DNA from: Candidatus Thorarchaeota archaeon
GTDB lineage: Archaea > Asgardarchaeota > Thorarchaeia > Thorarchaeales > Thorarchaeaceae
DNA length: 64,000 bases
Assembly (NCBI GenBank): GCA_011364905.1
Contig: RDNZ01000003.1
Span: 227 to 64,226 of the forward strand
Reading direction: 5' to 3'
Below, one piece after another: positions 43,118-51,067 of the stretch (the first letter of the stretch is position 1; every line of letters starts with the position of its first letter). The translations under genes and the position numbers were made by a program. The notes beneath the pieces were generated by a model. The model had not been told where the DNA came from. It made no database searches and was given only the letters and a program-made list of their open reading frames with translations.

Positions 43118-45058
43118 ATGGTCCTGAAACAAAAGCCAAAAACGAAACTCGAAGAGATTTTTGGAGACCGCCTTATTACAGAGAAGTACGAACTGATTCT
43201 ATTCGGTCAAGATGTTGGTTCTCTTCCAAAGCAAGTAGGCTGGCTCATGAACACAAAACCTGATGCCATTGTCCAGCCCACAACTCCTGAAGAAATTTCT
43301 GCAATCTATGAAGTCGCAAACACATACAAAATCCCTCTGGTCCCTCGAGCTGCTGGAACATCTGGGTACGGTGGCGCTATCCCCCGAAAAGGCGGCATAG
43401 TTGTTGATATGCGTCGCATGGACAAGATACTTGAGGTTGATAGCGATAACCTGACAGTAACCGTGGAACCAGGCATATCTTGGGCAAATCTTCAGTTTGA
43501 GTTGAATAGGGAGGGTCTGGACACTAGGTGCTATCCATCGTCTGGCATATCTGCTACCGTGGGTGGCTGGGTGTCTCAGGGCGGAGATGGTATAGGGTCT
43601 CTTAAGTATGGAAACGTCAACAAGAACGTCGTCAAACTAGAGGTAGTTCTTCCTACAGGAAAGATAGTCACGACAAAGGATCTTGACCTATTCTGCGAAA
43701 CCGAAGGAATCCTGGGGATTATTACCAAAGTCACCCTGAAGATTAAACCTTTGACTCCTATGAAAGTGATAGTTGCCAGTTTCGAAGAAAACTATCAGAT
43801 GGTCCTGGCAATAGAGAAGATACTGGAAGACGGGCCTCTCCCGTACACCATCAAGTTTGAAGAATCAAAATACACTGACCTGAAGAAGGCAATTTGGGAG
43901 GGAGAAAAACCATTCCCGATTCCTGTTCATCATGGTTCATTGATGATCGTATATGAGGGAGATGAGGATGAGATTGAGGAAGGTGTCCAGGTAGTTCGAG
44001 AAGTGACTGAGATGTATCGCGGTCATCTCTACGATGATGAATTTGCAGAGCATGAGTGGAGCCAGCGCTACTATCCTATGAAGATCAAGAAACTTGGACC
44101 AACTCTTGTTGTGGGTCAGGCCTTCGCTCCACTGGAGAATCTTACTTCTGTCCTAGATGACTTCCAGTTTGAACAAGCCTCTGCGAAAGGAGGCATTGAT
44201 GGCTATGTGAACTCCAAGTCCGGGGTCACAATGATGGGTTACTTCCTTGAGGATGAGCGGAGAATGTTCTACATGTTCTCCTGGTCTCAGAGTTTCGTCA
44301 TATTCAAGATCGCTCAACGTCATGGCGGACATGTACACTCAACCGGCATCTGGTTCGCTAACTATAGTCGGCAATACTTCGGGGACCGACGGCTTGCTCG
44401 TATCAGAGCGGCAAAACTCAAATGGGATAAGAAGGAAATATCCAATCCGGGAAAGGTCTTTGCCTTTTGGTTGCCCTTCATTCTCAAAATTGGAAAATAC
44501 TTCCTGTGGATATTCTATGACCTGTTCAGAAACGGATTCGGTCGCATAGCACCTATTCTGCTCAAATGGCTCCAGAATGTTCCACCCTTGAAATGGTTAC
44601 TTAGATGGGGCAGAGCACATAGTCCCTGGCCAATGCAGTACGGCATAGGTTGTTGCATGGTCGATGGTGCAGCCGGTATCGCGCCACGTTGGGACTTTGA
44701 AAGGTTCGGAATGCTTCCACTCTTTGGTCCTCGACAGACGGATGTCCTCTGGATCTCAGGTTCACTCACTAAGAAGATGGCTCCAAGACTCAGACGTATA
44801 TATGAGCAAATGCCTGAGCCAAAGTATGTCATCGCCTTCGGTCAGTGCGTTGCTTCGGGAGGCCTCTTCTGGGAAGGATACAGCCTGATGACACCACCGG
44901 ACAAAGTTGTCCCCGTCGATGTCTACCTTCCTGGTTGCCCACCGAAACCAGCGGACTTCATTCGGGCTCACATTATTTTGCAGAACAAGATTCGAGCGGG
45001 CACAACTAACTGGCAGCGGAAATACGAGAACCAAGATGCTATGGGGATGATGAAATAA
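43118..45058 (+). CDS. Fusion: GlcD-like FAD-linked oxidase (aa 1 to about 448) + hydrophobic linker + NuoB-like [4Fe-4S] subunit (aa 495 or so to 646)
   Basis: 646 aa in one uninterrupted frame. The N-terminal part has IPLVPRAAGTSGYGGAIPRKGGIVVDM, YPSSGISATVGGWVSQGGDGIGSLKYG, YPMKIKKLGPTL and ..SNPGKVF. The C-terminal part has SPWPMQYGIGCCMVD, VIAFGQCVASGG and LPGCPPKP, the four Cys positions of the NuoB/PSST cluster N2 site. Confidence 0.85.
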   Translation: MVLKQKPKTKLEEIFGDRLITEKYELILFGQDVGSLPKQVGWLMNTKPDAIVQPTTPEEISAIYEVANTYKIPLVPRAAGTSGYGGAIPRKGGIVVDMRRMDKILEVDSDNLTVTVEPGISWANLQFELNREGLDTRCYPSSGISATVGGWVSQGGDGIGSLKYGNVNKNVVKLEVVLPTGKIVTTKDLDLFCETEGILGIITKVTLKIKPLTPMKVIVASFEENYQMVLAIEKILEDGPLPYTIKFEESKYTDLKKAIWEGEKPFPIPVHHGSLMIVYEGDEDEIEEGVQVVREVTEMYRGHLYDDEFAEHEWSQRYYPMKIKKLGPTLVVGQAFAPLENLTSVLDDFQFEQASAKGGIDGYVNSKSGVTMMGYFLEDERRMFYMFSWSQSFVIFKIAQRHGGHVHSTGIWFANYSRQYFGDRRLARIRAAKLKWDKKEISNPGKVFAFWLPFILKIGKYFLWIFYDLFRNGFGRIAPILLKWLQNVPPLKWLLRWGRAHSPWPMQYGIGCCMVDGAAGIAPRWDFERFGMLPLFGPRQTDVLWISGSLTKKMAPRLRRIYEQMPEPKYVIAFGQCVASGGLFWEGYSLMTPPDKVVPVDVYLPGCPPKPADFIRAHIILQNKIRAGTTNWQRKYENQDAMGMMK

Positions 45059-45636
45059 TGCGCATTCGGCAAGATAGTGATCCTTACTGCATGCTGTTTC
45101 TAGGACTAGTAGTGCTGACAGCATTCATCTTCAACTTCATATACCTCGGCATCCTATACCCATCAGCATCACTTCTTATTTCAGGATCACTAAGCTCGAT
45201 AATCAGTGGTATGTCTATTCTCATGGTATTCCTCCTGACAGGGTATTTAAGACCAGAGAAAGGCGCGGGAAAGAATGTGATGTTTGGTTTCTCTATTCTG
45301 GGAAGCTTCTTCTTTGTGGTATTTGTTAGTTGGTTTGTGGATTCTGTCCCTGCTGCAGGAGACTGGCTCTACCTTTCGTTCTGGGGACTCGGAGGTTCAA
45401 TTCTGACAGCAGCGGGCTTTTCTATGATGCACAACTATGAGGAGAGCTATTCGCCGGGAATTATGGACACAAGCAAACTTCACTATGGGCCGGAGCCTGA
45501 ACCAGAACCGGAACCAGAACCTGAGGCAGAAGAAGCCGAAGTCGTGTCTACTAATTCCGAAGCTCCAGCAGCCAGCGATTCACCTGATCAGGTTGAAACA
45601 ACAGCTGAAACATCAAAAGATGCTGAAACTGAGTAA
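45058..45636 (+). CDS. 4-TM membrane protein with an acidic Pro/Glu-repeat tail, translationally coupled to the fusion gene
   Basis: 192 aa. Its ATG overlaps the upstream stop (TAATG). Four hydrophobic helices are followed by PEPEPEPEPEPEAEEAE... No family recognised. Confidence 0.55.
   Translation: MRIRQDSDPYCMLFLGLVVLTAFIFNFIYLGILYPSASLLISGSLSSIISGMSILMVFLLTGYLRPEKGAGKNVMFGFSILGSFFFVVFVSWFVDSVPAAGDWLYLSFWGLGGSILTAAGFSMMHNYEESYSPGIMDTSKLHYGPEPEPEPEPEPEAEEAEVVSTNSEAPAASDSPDQVETTAETSKDAETE
45490..45525 (+). repeat. In-frame (CCN-GAR)x6 hexanucleotide repeat encoding (Pro-Glu)6
   Basis: ccggagcctgaaccagaaccggaaccagaacctgag, read directly from the sequence. Confidence 0.9.
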
Positions 45637-45645
45637 GGCCTGTGC

Positions 45646-46011
45646 TTATTCGTGCAGCCAACTGTAGGCTGCAAAGGAGATAAGAACTCCAAATGCCATC
45701 AGTGCAAACAAGATTATTGCCACTATGAGGGAGTACAATGTGAATATGAGGTATGTATGGATACCTCCAAGAATCCCTGTGAGCATAGTAAGGCCAACTC
45801 TGCTAGAACGAGTGGTAGATGAGGCGAATCCAAATGTTGATGCCACAAAGAGCATTCCTCCAAGGACAAGAACCCAATAGAATATCAAATTCCTTACAAC
45901 CACTTCAGTGGTCATGATAGTCCAGAAGTAGACTCCCAGTAGAGCCATTCCAATCAATAAAGCAAGATAATAGAAGAATGTGCCTTCTTCGCCACGAACC
46001 AAGTGAATCAC
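45646..46011 (-). CDS. Hypothetical 4-TM membrane protein
   Basis: 121 aa, entirely hydrophobic helices, convergent with the 45058 gene. No family recognised. Confidence 0.45.
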   Translation of the reverse strand: MIHLVRGEEGTFFYYLALLIGMALLGVYFWTIMTTEVVVRNLIFYWVLVLGGMLFVASTFGFASSTTRSSRVGLTMLTGILGGIHTYLIFTLYSLIVAIILFALMAFGVLISFAAYSWLHE

Positions 46012-46372
46012 CTGAAATTATAGAGTGCTGTATTGGTTTGTTGTTCGGTGCCTCGTGGTATATAACTGCTTTGAGTCTCCCAAAAACCCGAAGTGTTTTT
46101 ATCACGGGACTTTTCCTACCGCTTCAGGTTTCAATGTAGATGGTTGGACATATTTCCTTTGGAAGGATTGTCAAAAAACGGAAAACAATGCCCTCCAATA
46201 GGTTACAGTCCTGTCATCGCACTGACATGTTAGCACAGAAGGACTCGTGAACAATGAAGACTGAGATTCCCTGCATCACTCTTTTTGTCGGTATCTTCAA
46301 AAACCGCCGTGTTCCGTCCGGTGCCAGCACTAGCAACGCTTTAGAAGCAAAATCAGAGGAAGGTCTCAAAGA

Positions 46373-46840
46373 ATGATGCAAACTGAAAGACTGTTTAGGC
46401 AATTCATCCCAGTCCTGATCTGGGTCATATTGGCCATTGTCCTTGTCGTTGTGATGCTGCTTGCATCATGGGTATTGCGGCCTCATGTATTGCAGAACTC
46501 TGAGAAGACATCAACCTATGAGTGCGGCGAAGAACCAATTGGCCCAGCACGAGTCTCGTATCCCTACAACTACTTCATCTACACAGTGCTTTTCGTTGTG
46601 GTTGATGTCATGGGTGCATTTCTCTGGATTCTAACAGCATCGGACATTCTTTGGGTTGGCAGTGCCAAGTACAGTGTGATTCTGCAAGTTGCATTGTTTG
46701 TGCTGCTCGTGATGGGAGGAATTTGGTATGTGATGAAGAAGCTCCCAGAAGCAGCCCTGGATGGTAAAGAAACCCTGGAGATTTATCGAAAGGCAAAAGC
46801 TGAGAGAGAGAAAGAACAACATCATATGGGAGGTCATTAG
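46373..46840 (+). CDS. nuoA: Complex I subunit NuoA-like
   Basis: 155 aa with 3 TM helices and the YECGEEPIG motif. Confidence 0.85.
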   Translation: MMQTERLFRQFIPVLIWVILAIVLVVVMLLASWVLRPHVLQNSEKTSTYECGEEPIGPARVSYPYNYFIYTVLFVVVDVMGAFLWILTASDILWVGSAKYSVILQVALFVLLVMGGIWYVMKKLPEAALDGKETLEIYRKAKAEREKEQHHMGGH

Positions 46841-46842
46841 AG

Positions 46843-47496
46843 TTGCAGTATACTGATTGGTTTCTAAGCATATTCGAACCTGTGGAATTCCTCCTAGTTG
46901 CGGCTATTGTGCTTGTACTTGCCTATCTCGCGCTGGAACACAAAGAGATAGTGTACGCAGCATTCTTCTTTGGTTTCATGGCCTCATTCGTGGCTGCTAT
47001 CTTTCTGCTACTAGAGGCTCCTTTCGTAGCCGGTATGCAGATTGCAGTGTATACCGGGGGAATAACGGCACTCATCATTTTTGCCGTTCTACTATTACCT
47101 AGAGCTCAAGACTCATCGCTTGAGCTGTTTGCGACACCCCGGAAACGTCAGCTAGGCTTCTTGATTGCAGCGTTAGTAATGATTCTCTCCGGCCTGCTTG
47201 CTTTTATCTTTCCATGGGCCGAGTCTTTTGATGATGCTGTTGTTACTATCTCGAATAACCTGAACGATCTTGCGATGTGGCTCTGGTCCTATAATGGAGT
47301 CTATGTTCAGTTGATTGCTTTGATTATGGTCACTTCGATGGTTGGCGCCGTTGCGCTTCTGAAGATGGACAAGGCTGAACAATTGAGTGAGATTCGTGGC
47401 GAGTTCGGTATTGAAGCCAAGCCCGATTTCGAGGAAGCTGAACCTTCCAGTAATGAAGAGGTCGCAGATGAGGATTCTGAGGAGGGCGATGACTAA
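46843..47496 (+). CDS. nuoJ: Complex I subunit NuoJ-like with an acidic C-terminal tail
   Basis: 217 aa with a TTG start. Carries the GMQIAVYTGGITALIIFAVLL block. The tail is EEAEPSSNEEVADEDSEEGDD. Confidence 0.8.
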   Translation: MQYTDWFLSIFEPVEFLLVAAIVLVLAYLALEHKEIVYAAFFFGFMASFVAAIFLLLEAPFVAGMQIAVYTGGITALIIFAVLLLPRAQDSSLELFATPRKRQLGFLIAALVMILSGLLAFIFPWAESFDDAVVTISNNLNDLAMWLWSYNGVYVQLIALIMVTSMVGAVALLKMDKAEQLSEIRGEFGIEAKPDFEEAEPSSNEEVADEDSEEGDD

Positions 47497-47807
47497 TGGT
47501 TCCACTCTCTTGGTATCTCGTTCTGGCGTTCATGCTGATAGGCTTGGGAGGATATGGTATGATGGTAAAGAGGAACCTAATCCGTATTCTCATCGGAGCC
47601 GAAATAATGGGAAACGGAGTCAACATCGCCATAATCGCTATGTCGCTCTATAGCCCCGTATTCACCTTCACGGGGCAAGGACTGATTATTCTAGTGATTT
47701 CCGTTGCGGCTGCACACACAGCATTAGCCATGGTTCTGATGCTTGTGTACAATCGTCGTTACGACACAGTGGACCTCGGACACCCAGTTGTCAAGGAGGA
47801 ATCGTAA
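47496..47807 (+). CDS. nuoK: Complex I subunit NuoK-like
   Basis: 103 aa with 3 TM helices and KRNLIRILIGAEIMGNGVNI. Confidence 0.85.
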   Translation: MVPLSWYLVLAFMLIGLGGYGMMVKRNLIRILIGAEIMGNGVNIAIIAMSLYSPVFTFTGQGLIILVISVAAAHTALAMVLMLVYNRRYDTVDLGHPVVKEES

Positions 47808-47808
47808 G

Positions 47809-48336
47809 ATGGCTGACACTTCTACAATGAAAGCTTCAACATTCGGGAGATCCGTCATCAATAAACTCCCCGAGGTAACCTCGAATCTCTTAAGCGACAG
47901 TAGGATCGAACTTGTAGTTCCAGCCAGCAAGATTCGCGATGTAGTTCAGCTGGTTGATGAGGAGCTGAGTGATGCTCTCCCTGAGTCAGTTTTTGGTGTC
48001 GATCTTCAGAATGATCAATACAACCTCATCTACATCTTCTGGTCTTGGTCAAACCGATTGTTGGTCCAACTGCGAGTATCTCTGGAGGGTGAGAACCCAG
48101 AGATTGATAGTACCTGCGATATCTTTCCAGGTCTCGAGTGGCATGAACGAGAGACCCGTGAGATGTTTGGAATTGAGTTTAGGAATCATCCAGATCCTCG
48201 CCTCCTTCTCTTACCTGACGAACTCGAAGGGGCATATCCACTACGAAAGAGGTTCCAGTCTGATCTAAGTAGATTGGATGAAACCGGTATCAATCCTCCA
48301 AAGCCCCGACCTAAAGAAGGAGGTGAGCAAAAGTGA
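47809..48336 (+). CDS. nuoC: Complex I subunit NuoC-like
   Basis: Start re-assigned to MADTSTMK, 2 nt after the nuoK stop. Carries LEWHERETREMFGIEFRNHPDPRLLLLPDELEGAYPLRKRF. Confidence 0.85.
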   Translation: MADTSTMKASTFGRSVINKLPEVTSNLLSDSRIELVVPASKIRDVVQLVDEELSDALPESVFGVDLQNDQYNLIYIFWSWSNRLLVQLRVSLEGENPEIDSTCDIFPGLEWHERETREMFGIEFRNHPDPRLLLLPDELEGAYPLRKRFQSDLSRLDETGINPPKPRPKEGGEQK

Positions 48337-49469
48337 GTCCGGATATTCTAGATGGAAGCATGGATATTTGGTTTGGTCCGCAGCACGTATCGGCTCATGG
48401 TTGGGCAACCAAACTGACCTTGGTGGGCGACTACATTGTAGAGTGTGATCCCAACGCGGGCTATTTCCATCGGTCAGCAGAGAAAGTACTTGAATTCAAG
48501 AATTTCAGACAAGGACCTCTTGTTCTCGAGAGAATGTGCATGCTTGAAGCATTCCTTGCAGAATATCCCTATGTCGCAGCGGTTGAGAAGATTGCGGAGT
48601 TGGAGATTCCTGAACGTGCAAAGGTCATGCGTACAATTATGATGGAAATGTCACGTATTCATAGCATCCAGTTTTGGTGGGGCCAATTCAATGCTGAACT
48701 TGGATTCTTCACAATGGCTCTTTGGCCTTGGGTAGACCGTGAATACTCGCTTGATGTTTTCGAGGAGCTGACAGGTTCGCGACATACGGTTTCATTCTCA
48801 ACTCCCGGCGGAGTGAAATACGACTTTACTGAAAAGGTCATGACGCAGCTCAACCGTGCAATCGACCGTTTTGAAGATAGGCTGGTGAAGTTCAAGGACA
48901 TGCAGCTTGGTAGCCCCACATTTAGAGCGCGGACTGAGAATATAGGTCTGTACGATGTTAAGCAGGGGCTAAAGTGGGGTCTGAGCGGACCGCCGATTAA
49001 GGCTTGTGGTGTTCCGATGGACCTTCGAAAGGATGATCCTGACCCGAACCTTGCTTACGACATGGTAGACTTTGATGTACCCATTACAGAGAATCCTGAA
49101 CATCCTGGTCAGAGCGACGCTTTTGACAGGATGGAGCAAAGATTTGCTGAGGCTGAAACAGCAGTCAGTATCATTAAACAGCTAATTCCTCAGATTCCTG
49201 AGGGTGACATTGTTGACCCCAAGGCTCGCGGCAAGGCAAATAGACTACCAGAGGGAGAGGCTTATGCTCGAGTTGAAGGGACACGAGGCATTACTTCTGT
49301 ATGGCTCAAGACTGAGGAAAAAGGCCAAACTGCATATCGCGCTAAGATTCGTGGTCCTTGTATTGCCTCTTATTATGCCTTGAAGGATTTAGTGCCTGGT
49401 TCGAAGTTCGCAGATTTCATCGTGATTTTCGGGAGTCTGGATCCATATCCGGGGTGGTGGGATCGATGA
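48333..49469 (+). CDS. nuoD: Complex I subunit NuoD-like (no NiFe-binding CxxC pairs)
   Basis: 378 aa. GTG start with GGAGGTGA upstream. GPQHVSAHG at the N-terminus and DPYPGWWDR at the C-terminus, where hydrogenase large subunits carry DPCxxC. Confidence 0.85.
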   Translation: MSPDILDGSMDIWFGPQHVSAHGWATKLTLVGDYIVECDPNAGYFHRSAEKVLEFKNFRQGPLVLERMCMLEAFLAEYPYVAAVEKIAELEIPERAKVMRTIMMEMSRIHSIQFWWGQFNAELGFFTMALWPWVDREYSLDVFEELTGSRHTVSFSTPGGVKYDFTEKVMTQLNRAIDRFEDRLVKFKDMQLGSPTFRARTENIGLYDVKQGLKWGLSGPPIKACGVPMDLRKDDPDPNLAYDMVDFDVPITENPEHPGQSDAFDRMEQRFAEAETAVSIIKQLIPQIPEGDIVDPKARGKANRLPEGEAYARVEGTRGITSVWLKTEEKGQTAYRAKIRGPCIASYYALKDLVPGSKFADFIVIFGSLDPYPGWWDR

Positions 49470-50632
49470 TTGGAGGTGTCATGTTGCAGTTCGATTTCTT
49501 TGCATGGCTGGCAGGGATTCCTGACTGGATTCTTGGGGTCCTGAAATGGATTTACGGCATCTTTAGTTATGTCTTCCACTGGATTTTCAACGTGTTTACT
49601 TGGATATGGACAACCATCTTCATTCCGAAGAACTTCATGTTCCTCTTCCGGGCTGTGATATTCCCTGGGCTCATATTCGTTGTCATGGCTCTGATATGGG
49701 CTGTCTGGTTCACCAGAAAACTGTGGGGACGTATTCAGGATAGGCGCGGCCCGCTCCATATGGGTAAGTATGGTGGCCTTCAATTGTTTGCTGATGCCAT
49801 CAAACTGATTGGAAAGGAAACTATCATTCCTGATAAAGCCAAGAGATGGATGTTTAGGTTCCTTCCTGGACTCCTTCTAGTTATTGTTCTTCTACCGTTC
49901 GCGTTCATTCCATGGGACACTGTTTCAGCTGTGGACGGTGGTTGGGCAATCTCTGATCTCAATGTCAGCCTTGTGCTTGCGTTCGCATTCCTGACAGCAG
50001 TCCCAGTAATTGCACTGTTAGCAGGTTGGGTCAGCGGTTCGAAGTACACCCTGATTGGAGGATTCAGAGCCGCTAACAATCAGTTTGCCGCTGAGATTCC
50101 GATGATTATATCCACCATCGGATGTGCGTTTCTTGCCCGTTCACTAAGCATCTTTGACATCTCAATGGCACAGTCGAGTTTGTGGTTTGCGATTCTCCTG
50201 CCCATCAATCTCGCTACATTCTTGGTTGCTGCAATAGCTTCTGTGGGAGTATTCCCATTTGATGCTCCTGTTGCAGATTCGGAGATAATATTTGGCTGGA
50301 GGACAGAGTACACAGGAATTTACTTCACGTTGACTTACTTCGCAGAATTCGCAGAACAGATGCTCTACTCAGCTCTGATTGTTGCTTTATTCTTGGGTGG
50401 ACCTAATGGACTTCCGTTCCTTCCTGGTCCAGTGAACTTCATAATCAAGTTCCTAATCACATTCTTCTTCTTCGTCTTGGTCAGTTCGTCATTCCAAAGG
50501 CTGCGACAAGACCAGATTGTGTACTTTTGTTGGAAGTATTTACTTCCACTTGCTGTGTTGAACGTAATCGTCATCATGTTTGCAGTAGTCTATCTACCTG
50601 GACTAATGCTACCATTACTGGGGGTTGGCTAA
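49466..50632 (+). CDS. nuoH: Complex I subunit NuoH-like
   Basis: Start re-assigned to the ATG that overlaps the nuoD stop (ATGA). Carries RKLWGRIQDRRGPLHMGKYGGLQLFADAIKLIGKE. Confidence 0.85.
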   Translation: MIGGVMLQFDFFAWLAGIPDWILGVLKWIYGIFSYVFHWIFNVFTWIWTTIFIPKNFMFLFRAVIFPGLIFVVMALIWAVWFTRKLWGRIQDRRGPLHMGKYGGLQLFADAIKLIGKETIIPDKAKRWMFRFLPGLLLVIVLLPFAFIPWDTVSAVDGGWAISDLNVSLVLAFAFLTAVPVIALLAGWVSGSKYTLIGGFRAANNQFAAEIPMIISTIGCAFLARSLSIFDISMAQSSLWFAILLPINLATFLVAAIASVGVFPFDAPVADSEIIFGWRTEYTGIYFTLTYFAEFAEQMLYSALIVALFLGGPNGLPFLPGPVNFIIKFLITFFFFVLVSSSFQRLRQDQIVYFCWKYLLPLAVLNVIVIMFAVVYLPGLMLPLLGVG

Positions 50633-50635
50633 ACA

Positions 50636-51067
50636 ATGGGTTTCTTCAGCGTACTAGGTGACTGTTTTCAGATTTTGAAACATACGTTTAGACAGGTCTT
50701 CAAAAGACCCTTCACTTACTTCTACCCCTTCGAGGATAGAATCTATCCGGAGCGGACTCGGGGTCGGCACATACACGTACGAGAGAACTGCACTGCATGT
50801 GCTCAGTGTGTTCGAATCTGTCCTGTGGTAGCAATACGAATGGACAAAGAAGACAAAATGTATGAGAAAGACTGCGCCTTGTACTTCGATTATACACGAT
50901 GTATCTTCTGCGGTCTCTGTGTTCAAGCCTGCAGATTCGAAGCGCTCTTCCACACTCCTGTCGTGGACCTAAGCGAAGGCGATCGGGACGACTTAATCTA
51001 TGGGCCTGACAAGATCGAGACACTTGATAGGGACCCACTGAAGTGGCGAGGAAGGAGGTTCCGTTAA
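50636..51067 (+). CDS. nuoI: Complex I subunit NuoI-like (2x[4Fe-4S])
   Basis: 143 aa with CTACAQCVRICP and CIFCGLCVQAC. Confidence 0.85.
   Translation: MGFFSVLGDCFQILKHTFRQVFKRPFTYFYPFEDRIYPERTRGRHIHVRENCTACAQCVRICPVVAIRMDKEDKMYEKDCALYFDYTRCIFCGLCVQACRFEALFHTPVVDLSEGDRDDLIYGPDKIETLDRDPLKWRGRRFR

Noticed and set aside
14383-45058. The five FAD-oxidase/CCG pairs as an assembly artefact (collapsed or duplicated repeat)
   Set aside because: The copies differ in length, gene order, domain architecture and most of their amino-acid sequence. I saw no long identical nucleotide stretches.
45490-45525. Short tandem repeat as a possible CRISPR fragment, minisatellite or mobile-element end
   Set aside because: It is an in-frame hexanucleotide repeat encoding (Pro-Glu)6 inside a CDS, with no spacers and no flanking inverted repeats.
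46012-46372. The 360-nt gap upstream of nuoA as a possible ncRNA or riboswitch
   Set aside because: I found only a weak short hairpin (CCCG..CGGG at about 46088-46109) and AT boxes. There is no convincing conserved-looking structure, so it is kept only as a note under the nuo operon finding.
48333-49469. Reading the NuoB/NuoD-like pair as an energy-converting [NiFe] hydrogenase (Ech/Mbh type)
   Set aside because: The NuoD-like protein lacks the N-terminal RxCGxC and C-terminal DPCxxC metal-binding pairs; its C-terminus reads DPYPGWWDR. The locus also carries the full A/J/K/L/M/N membrane arm typical of quinone-reducing complexes.
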